A DNA stretch of 64,000 nucleotides from IMG/VR virus record IMGVR_UViG_3300044615_001997, one strand, 5' to 3'. A program made the position numbers and the translations under genes. How positions within the stretch are numbered: the stretch's first letter is position 1; every line of letters begins with the position of its first letter. Source of the DNA: a virus. Below the pieces are notes generated by a model. The model saw nothing but the letters and a program-made list of their open reading frames with translations. It was not told the DNA's origin and did no database searches. Positions 46,001 to 55,000 of this stretch are shown here, piece after piece.

Positions 46001-49000
46001 GATAAATTTGATGCGCTGACATTGTGGGATGTTTCTCCCGTTGTTGCTGGGGCTGTTCCTGTAAAAGTATAAGCTGCGGGATTAAAAACTATTCCCGAAG
46101 GTAAAGTTGAGAAAGATATGCTTGTTGGTGTCTCGCCTAAAACATTAAGTTTGTCGGTTCCTGGTAGTGTTGTACTTTTAACAAAAGAAAAAGATTGATT
46201 GTCTGGGATAATTGGTCTTCCATCAGATACAATTATTGTAATTGAAGACGTATCTGTCCCTGTACCATTCGAAGCTATTAAGTCAAAATTATATACTCCA
46301 CTAGTTGTGATTGTTCCAGATATAGTGAATCCGTTAGCGGATTGTACTACTGAAACTCCTTGAGGAAGATTCACACTAAATTCATAGTCATCTATTGCAC
46401 CACCAGCATTAATCAAATTAAATGTAAAAGGAGTATTTAAGTTAGCTCGAATTATAGCGTTGCTTAGGTTAGGTGCAGCTGTACCCCCACCACCACCATC
46501 ATCATCTGAAAATACATCTATAGTTATTTCACATTCGTTAGATACTATATTTTGTAGTCTAGCTAAAACATTAAAAGAAAAAGAACCGGTTACTAATGGA
46601 GTACCTACAATTTCGCCTAACGGAGTAATAGAAAATGGTCCTGCGTTACCACTACTAATTTCCCATGTAGCTGGAATTTCGCCTTCCAAAGGAATGTCGA
46701 CAGAAAACGGTAAATTGACTTCTGCGGTTAAATCTAGAAAACTGGGTATCTCTATAAAGTTTAACCCTACGTTTATGGTGTATGTCTTGGTGGTAGAAAA
46801 AGCGGGAACTATTTCATGCTCGGCAGTTATAATGACCGTATATACTCCATTGGGTACATTAGTGATACCTGTAATTAATCCACCGGAAATTGTTCCTGTG
46901 TTCATGTCCATTGTAACAGCTGTGGTCATACTTAATCCTGCAGGTAAAGGACTATTTAATACCCAACGTGTAGGAACATCTTGAGTATAAGTTAATTGAA
47001 CACTGGCGGACCTACCTCTAACAACATTAATTGTGATATCGGATAATTGTATTTTTCTAAATATTACTATCCAATTAGCTAAAGCAGAATACTCAAAATC
47101 TTCTCCAACTTGAGCCGTTAAATAAAATTGACCTTGTCCTTGTTCTGTAGCCAATCCTCTTATTATACCGGTAACAGGATCTTGAGTAATTCCAGTCGGC
47201 AATCTAAAGTTTCCTGAGTTTGCGGGAGGTACCCAACCAGTTAAAATGCTTGGATCGTTGACAGCTGCCATTAACCCAGGCATCCATCTACCCTGAGCTA
47301 CAAAAGATTGATTCGGAACGACATAAAAATCTTGAGTTCCTTCTACGACTGTAAACTCTTCCGACTTAGTCAAAACTATTCCGCTCGTGTTATATGCTGT
47401 AGCTGTAACATTATAGGTTCCTACTTGAGTAGGAGTACCTTGAATACTCGTATTGGTTGAATTAAAGACCAGTCCAGGTGGAAGATTTGCAAAAAGTAAA
47501 CTTGTAATATTTCCACTTATCGAGATAACTAGGGGAGTTATTGTTATAAATTTAGGAAAAACAGGATTTACCGGCATTGTAAAATCAATAGCATCTACTA
47601 TTGTGATACGGAAAGTTTGTTCTACATAACTAGAATAAACATAAACTCTAATTACGACTTGGTGGATACCGGAAGATTCTGCTACACCCAGTATAACTGG
47701 TTGATCGCCGCTGGGGTCATCCCAATAAAGTCCGCTGTCTTCCAATCCTGTCACTGAAATATCTGTCCAATTAAAATTACCAGAAATTAATATAGGTATA
47801 GGTGTTATGTCTGTACCTAAATTATAAGTTTTATTATCTATCTCTTCTACAGTTAAACCTAAAAGTATCTTAAAATAAAAACCATCACTAATGTAATCAT
47901 CACCGTTCCACAAACGGACGGTCACTCTGGCACCATAATAATCATTTTCAGTCATTTCTAAAAATGTTCCAGAGATTGTTCTTGTGGTTTCATTGTAAGT
48001 CAAGCCGTCCGGTAAATCAGCTAGATTTGGTATAGATACTTTTGTGCATGGGGTTGGTCCGGATGTTTCTAGAACAAGCGAAGACAAAGTAGTGCCTAAA
48101 AGATAAGTTAATGCAGAGTTGGTAACATCTAGTGTTATCTTGACTGTAACTGTTATGGTAAATGATACAGTTCTAACAAGTCCACTGAACGTAGTGACAG
48201 TTATTGTTACCGTTGTACCGTTCCATGGATTGACTTCTGTTGGTGTTCCTTCTATATATTGCCGATCTCCCTCATTAACTAAATCTAATCCTGGCGGTAA
48301 AGTATCAGCGGTTATTGTATCTACTTGTGTTGCTTCTCCGATATATCGGAACACTATAGGAGTCATGGGAGCACCTTTAGCTAAAGTCGTGTTTTGAGGT
48401 GTTATTACTTGGAAAAATTCTACGATTGTGAGACTGAATGTTTCTGATAACGCAATTCCTCCAGGCGCAGTAAAAGTTATGGTGGGATTGAAGTTACCAA
48501 AAACAGTAGAAGAACCTGATATTTGCCTAGTGCTTGCATTATATGTAAAAGTTCCTGCAGGGAAACCAGATAAACTCGCTGTTAGTGTTAAATTTAAATT
48601 AGTTAGCACCAGTGGTACAGCTATTGAAAATTGTTGATTTTGATTAGCTGTGACTGGTGAAATTTCACCTATTGAAAATCCTGGATCTACGAATAGTTCA
48701 AATGCCCTAGATATTTCTTGACCATCTAGGTCGACTGCCACTAGAGTAATTTCGAAATTGCCGGGAGCTGTAGGTGTGCCATATATTCTTAAAGATGTGG
48801 GATTTCCACATTCACCTGTAATACCTTCCCAATCCATCCCGTTGGGCAGGTCATAAGCATATAACTCTAATCCCCAATCGCAAACCTCTCCCTCCATATC
48901 TGCATAAATTTCTATAAACTCTCCTAAAGAATATTCGAAACTTCCTAATTGTGGAGCATCTATATTTAAAGTAAAATTTAAATTTAACTCTAATGTTCCA

Positions 49001-52000
49001 GAATTGCTTGTTGTTGGTGTTCCTTTTTGGGCTCCTCTGATATCTGGGTTAGACGTTTGTGTAATATAGTTATAATTTTTATACCCAATTCTTAATTGTG
49101 GGACGGTGCCTACAAAAGCGTTGTCGGCATGGCCAACTATTTTACCTGTGATATCGCCGGTTCTTATAAATCTAAAATCGTCGTAATATCGACCACTAGA
49201 ATCATGCCCAATTATATGGAGATGTGTAGTATTAGCTAAAATTACAGGAAAATTAAATAAATTTGCTTTGGGGTATGTCCTAACTATACTTGTTACGGCT
49301 GTTGGGCTTGCAGGAACGGATTGATTGCCTACCCATAACCCATCAGCTATTGCCGAAGGAGGAGGAGTGAAATTTGTTTGATATAACGACGTCCCTTTCG
49401 ATATAAAAAGATCTCTAACATAGCCCGAAAATGGAAATCCATCAAAAGCTCCTATAGTTAAATTTTTATTAGTTGCACCACTTAAATCAAGGTAATTTGA
49501 GTTATCGTTGACGTTTGCTACAATACCCGATCCACTAACTAAGATATTTCTCTGCTGACCATTTACGAAAGCCCTGAATATGCCATTAGTTCTAGTAAAA
49601 GCTATATGCACCCATTGATTTAGGGGCAGTGTATCTTGCACCTGAAGCTCTCCTAATAAATAACTTCCAAATTTAATAGTCCCAGGGTATCCTCCTAATT
49701 CGACCCCCCAGCCTTGTGTTAATTGGGCACTTAAAAATCTAGCATATGTAGCATATTGCGTAGCATATGCCCAAAATGAAACAGTGAAATTGTCGGTGCC
49801 AAAAGAAAGTATATTTTTTTGATTTGATAAAACCAAGTGTTTTACAAAGCCATTGTTAAAATGCACACCGTTCCAACCGCCTACAGTGCCAATAGCGAGA
49901 TTTGGTTGAGGATCGCTATAAAAAGGTGTGCTAGTTGTTTGAGTGAGAGACATTCCTCCAAAAGTAAAAGTAGATACTCCCACAGCTTCGTTAAATGGAA
50001 AATATATTGTATTTTGGGGTAGAGAGCCTCCGGTTCCACTAGAGCCGTCGATTAAAATAAAAGGATTAAAATAAGTAGTAATGCCTGTATACCCTGGAGG
50101 CGCATCAACTAGCTTAAAGTTAAATCTTGTTTTCTTAAAATCAGAAGTGTATGTTGAAATAGTTGTTATAGCTTGAGCTAAAACATCAGATTGTTGATAT
50201 TGTTGAGGAGAATCGCCATCCAGAGGGTCTACAACAAATCTCCAATTTTCATCAAATGGGTCTCCGGTTGGATAAAAATATCTAGTTATAGGTGCAGTAC
50301 TGAAAACTTCGTTTCTATTGTGTAATAAGAAGCTTCCTTTGAGGGGTCCGGCGAAAGCCGGAGTCAGCATATCGGCGGTGTATCCACTAGATTGTTGTGT
50401 TCCTGGTTTTGTCCAAATAGATTCACCTTTAGTAATTTGAATATCGCTTACCTTAGCTTTCAAATCATCACATACAGAGATATCTAGTGGTGCACTATAA
50501 ATACCACTCAAACTGCTATGCGTTAAATCGCCGGTGTATGGTTTTACGCCGTTTATATAAACGTTAAAATGCCCTGTAGAAGTTCTTGCAAAGGCTACAT
50601 GAGTCCATTTTTTATCAACATTTGACGTAAAATAAGGCTCATCAAATATAGTCACGCTAGCATTCCAGTCACCTACCACCCAACCTTGGTCGATCATTAC
50701 TCTGAGGGTTAGAGTTCCTGGATAATTTAACTTCAGTTCAATAGTGTAATGGTTAATAGTACCATCACCTTGGTCTACATGAAATAATTGTCCTCCCCAA
50801 GGACTAACAGAGCTATCGATATAAAACCAAGCTTCAAAGCTAAATGGTTGGTTATAAAAAATATCAGAAATATAGTATTCTCTGTTAGGTATATCTATTG
50901 AAGTATTTGAAGCAGTGCCATTTATGGTGAGCTTGTGCTGCTGAAGTAATAACCCCTTTTTAAATTTACCGGTTGTATGTACAGGGCTGTCTTGAGTTGA
51001 AGAAAAAACTATATTTTTTGGAAAAGCTGTGCTGTCATATATCAAAAATTTGTCACCATTAAAATTTTTATTTTTAAAATAATTGGCTGAAATGCTACTA
51101 ATTGTGTTTTTACCTCCAGGAATATATTTTAAAATTTGTGGACCTCTCTCATTTGTAAAAATAAAAACCTCGTAATCATTAATTGGTACTGGAGACAATC
51201 CACAAAATCCTTTTGTCGGTGTGTTTGGATATGCAGCATTAAAACTCGAATCAACCCCCGAGAGTGGAAGATCTCTCACGTGGGTTATCGGTAAAACACT
51301 GCTGGGATTAATGTATGTTCTACGCTGATAAATATTTGCTGTGCCTCTCACTATCTGTATTGTGATTACTGTGTCACTATTTAATCCCAGTATTGCGCCA
51401 CCTATAGGTGTGTTAACGGCACGCTGCGACTGCATTTTAGTCCAGCTAGCTCCGTTATTTAGAGATACAAAATAATTAAGTGTAGCTGTGGCAAAATTTT
51501 GAGGCCATGGAGCTATTTGAAACGCAAGCAATTCTTGTCCAAATGAAATCATTTGCGTAGGACTAATGACAGTATTATCTGACGCTTGAAATGCCAACAT
51601 ATGCCAGTCAGCAGTGCTCCAAATATTTGTAGTTCTTTTAGGAGTTCCGCCCTGATTATAAAAAATATAGTGCCCGTTATGATACACTACATCATAATAG
51701 GGTTGTTGTGCCTGGGGCGATGTAGTTCCTGATGGATAACTATGTATTTCAGTCCAGGTACTTCCATCGGTAGATGCGTGACAAACATAAGATCCTACAG
51801 GATAACTACCCGGACCTTTAAGTAAAAACCAAATATTATTTACAAACTTTATATTTTTAAATTCGTGTGGTTGAGAGTTTAAATTTGCAATTCTAGTCCA
51901 AGAATCTCCGTTATTTGTAGATATATAATTAAAACCTGGAACACTTGTAGTTAAAATCCACTTACCTTGACCAAAAGCTATGTTGTTTATAAAAGCTCCG

Positions 52001-55000
52001 GTAGGTAAATCGTTTCCCGTAGAAACAAAGTTTTTATTTTGAAAATTTGAAAAATTTGAAGTTGTATAAATAATTGGAACATCATTACCCATCCATCTAA
52101 CAAACATAAATAAATTATTTCCATACGTCATGGAATAATACGAAGCTGAACCTCCTGCAATCGAAACCGCTCTCCACTTCCCACCATTGTTGTCAGAGAC
52201 ATAAGCAAAACCCGACAGTCCCTTTTCAATATAGGCTATAGTGCTAGTTCCGTTAGAAGCCATATTTATCTCACCGCTATATACCCAAGGTCCATTTATG
52301 GACTTCATGATATTAGCTACGGAAGTTGTGAATTCTGTCGAAAGAATTGAAATATTTTCACTTAAGGGTTCGTTAGCTAAAATAGTTAATATGTATTTTT
52401 CTGCAGGTGGCGCGAGAGTAGTGTCTTCTTTTTTTGTAACTGTTAAACTTAGCGGTCGATAATAAGGTGAAGAGCTGTCGGCTGGGTTTTTTCTAGGAAG
52501 AGTACACTTAATTTCAACGTCAGTATCGCCTATATTTGGACCGAATATGCTGAAGTTTTTGCTGTCATTGAGGAAGCTTTTATTTTCGAATAATATAAAA
52601 TAAGTTCCTCCGAAAGAATTTAAATGAGTATAGTAACTTGGGTTTGCGGTTTGAAACAGGGGAGTTAAATGATGCCAATATTCGTAATTATTATTTAAAT
52701 AATTAACTTCTTTTTGTTCTGCTAGTAATTCATATATATATCTCGGATTTGTAGAACTAAACCCTCCAAAAAACCATCTAAAATCTGAAGTATTTTCGCC
52801 AAAAGTGAAATTAAATCCTGAAAAAGCATGACTGCTTCGTTTAAATGAGGAACAGCTTGTAAAAATATTAAAAGGGCGTGAGTGAGGCTCTATTGTTGTA
52901 ACAGTTGAAATTATATTAGTTGCGTTGGTTGAAAGGCTGTAAACAGTTTCAACTGCGCCCGAAGCCGTATAATAAACGGTTGTTGGATTATTTGGATTAA
53001 TATTCCCTAAACTATAACCATTAAAAGTTGTTATTGTTTTTATTGAGCTATTACTTAAATCGCTATTGAAATCTCCGGATATTGCTAGTGAATATAAATT
53101 AGACTGTAACAGGTTTGGCGTACTGAAATCAATTTGGTCAGATCTTTTGACTCTTATATACACATGAGACCCGCTAGCTGCCCATTCATAGTCTTGAGGA
53201 TCATCTATCGATAATACAGAGCTATTTATTCCGAGTACACCGCTAGCGTTTCGACCAAAAGCAGAATAAACTTTTTGCTCTAATCTATTTGTACTTGGGT
53301 CATACAAATACAATTTACCTCTAGCATTAATTAAAAATCTACCTGTAGATGGTATATATAAAACAGCTTTATCTGTTAAAATTTCCTCTGTAAATGGCAG
53401 CGCCGGTCCTTGCGATAAATTAAAAGAAGATCTAGAAAAAAAGCTGAGAATTCCACTAGTTGTTTGTCCTGAAGGTAAATCGATATGGTAACGCGCTCTA
53501 TAGGGACGACTTTCTGCAATAGTATTTAATTGCCCATATATTTCTCCTGTTTCAGAGTTAATGCCTAGATTTTCAAAATAATATGAATAATCGTCTTCTT
53601 CATCTACGATATCGTCTGAAAAATAAAAGTTTATCCCGGGCTGATCGTAGTTTTTAATAATTTTTGGAAAAACTGCAAAATGTTGAAAAGCATTTACATA
53701 AATATTATAATTTTGTATCTCAGGAACTAAATATGGCGGTTGTTGTGTTGTGGGTAACGAAAAACTACCATTTGTACCCGTCATGTTATAAACTTGAGGA
53801 TTTTTTGTTAATCTAAAATCGTCTACTAGCCCTAAAAATTTGCTGTCTATCAGATTTCCACCTACATTAAAATTACTGGAAGGTGTCAATATTTGAGTAA
53901 GTCTCCATGTTGCCGTAGGTATCCCATTGTGATAAGCAGTGTAATATTCTCCAGCTTTTACTAAAGCAAAGTGATTCCAGCTATTATACTCCGCTGAGCC
54001 AATAGCTTGACCATTTACACCAGTCGTATAATCATTATTATTTCCTATATAAACTCCAACTAGATAGCCTTGAATTTTATTTAATGGGTCGTCATAAAGG
54101 TCGCTACTGGTCGTTGTTGCCCCGGCAAAAAATGGGCGGCTCGTAATTTTAATCGATCCTCCCAGATCAATCATGGCTTGTTCCCACGCTGTAACCGGAG
54201 GAGACCAGTTAAAATCTTGTAGCAGTGACGGAGAAAAACAGTTATACCAAAACTCTAAAGTAAAATCAGAATTTAGATTTTGATTTGATGCTGCGTTGTA
54301 TGGCCAAGTGACTACACCGTTATCATTTAAACATAATAAAGCACCTTTACCAAATTTAGTTACTTCGTTAGAAAATAAAACAGGAAAATTTGTAAATAAT
54401 TTTCTATTATATCTATTATGTCTACTAGAATCTAATATAGCTGGATTAGGTCCCCAACCACCAACCATTCTAGGAGTGATAAATTTAAAACACACAGCTG
54501 AAACATCTGCCGCTGTTGTTGTTGTTGTGGATGATGTATTATTAAAAATTGGAGATGAGCCTGGACGAATTCCTTCATTTGTTTCCCAGGAGTTTGTACC
54601 TACTTGAATAATATTTTGATAATCTGTGGCAATTAAATTTCCTTGAGAAGTTGTGCCGCCGATATTTTTTTTCCAAATATACCTAAAATTAGGATAAACT
54701 AAGCCATTACTTTCTGCCGTTACCAAAAAATATGTATCTGCTGCGGGTGTAGTAGGAAGCCTATTTAAATGCGACGAAAAATTGTTAAAAGCTGAGTATC
54801 GGTTAGCTGTAATTCCAAAACTTAAACGGTAATCATATACATCTACATATTCCCTACTGTCTGAGGCATCTCCGCATAACCTCAGTACTTTTGTATTATC
54901 TCCCGGAGTCCAACCGCCCATAGTCCAATTGTTTATTTGTTGTTTAAAATTTCCATCTATATGTAGATATGCTACTTGATTAGTCGTGCCTATGCCAAAA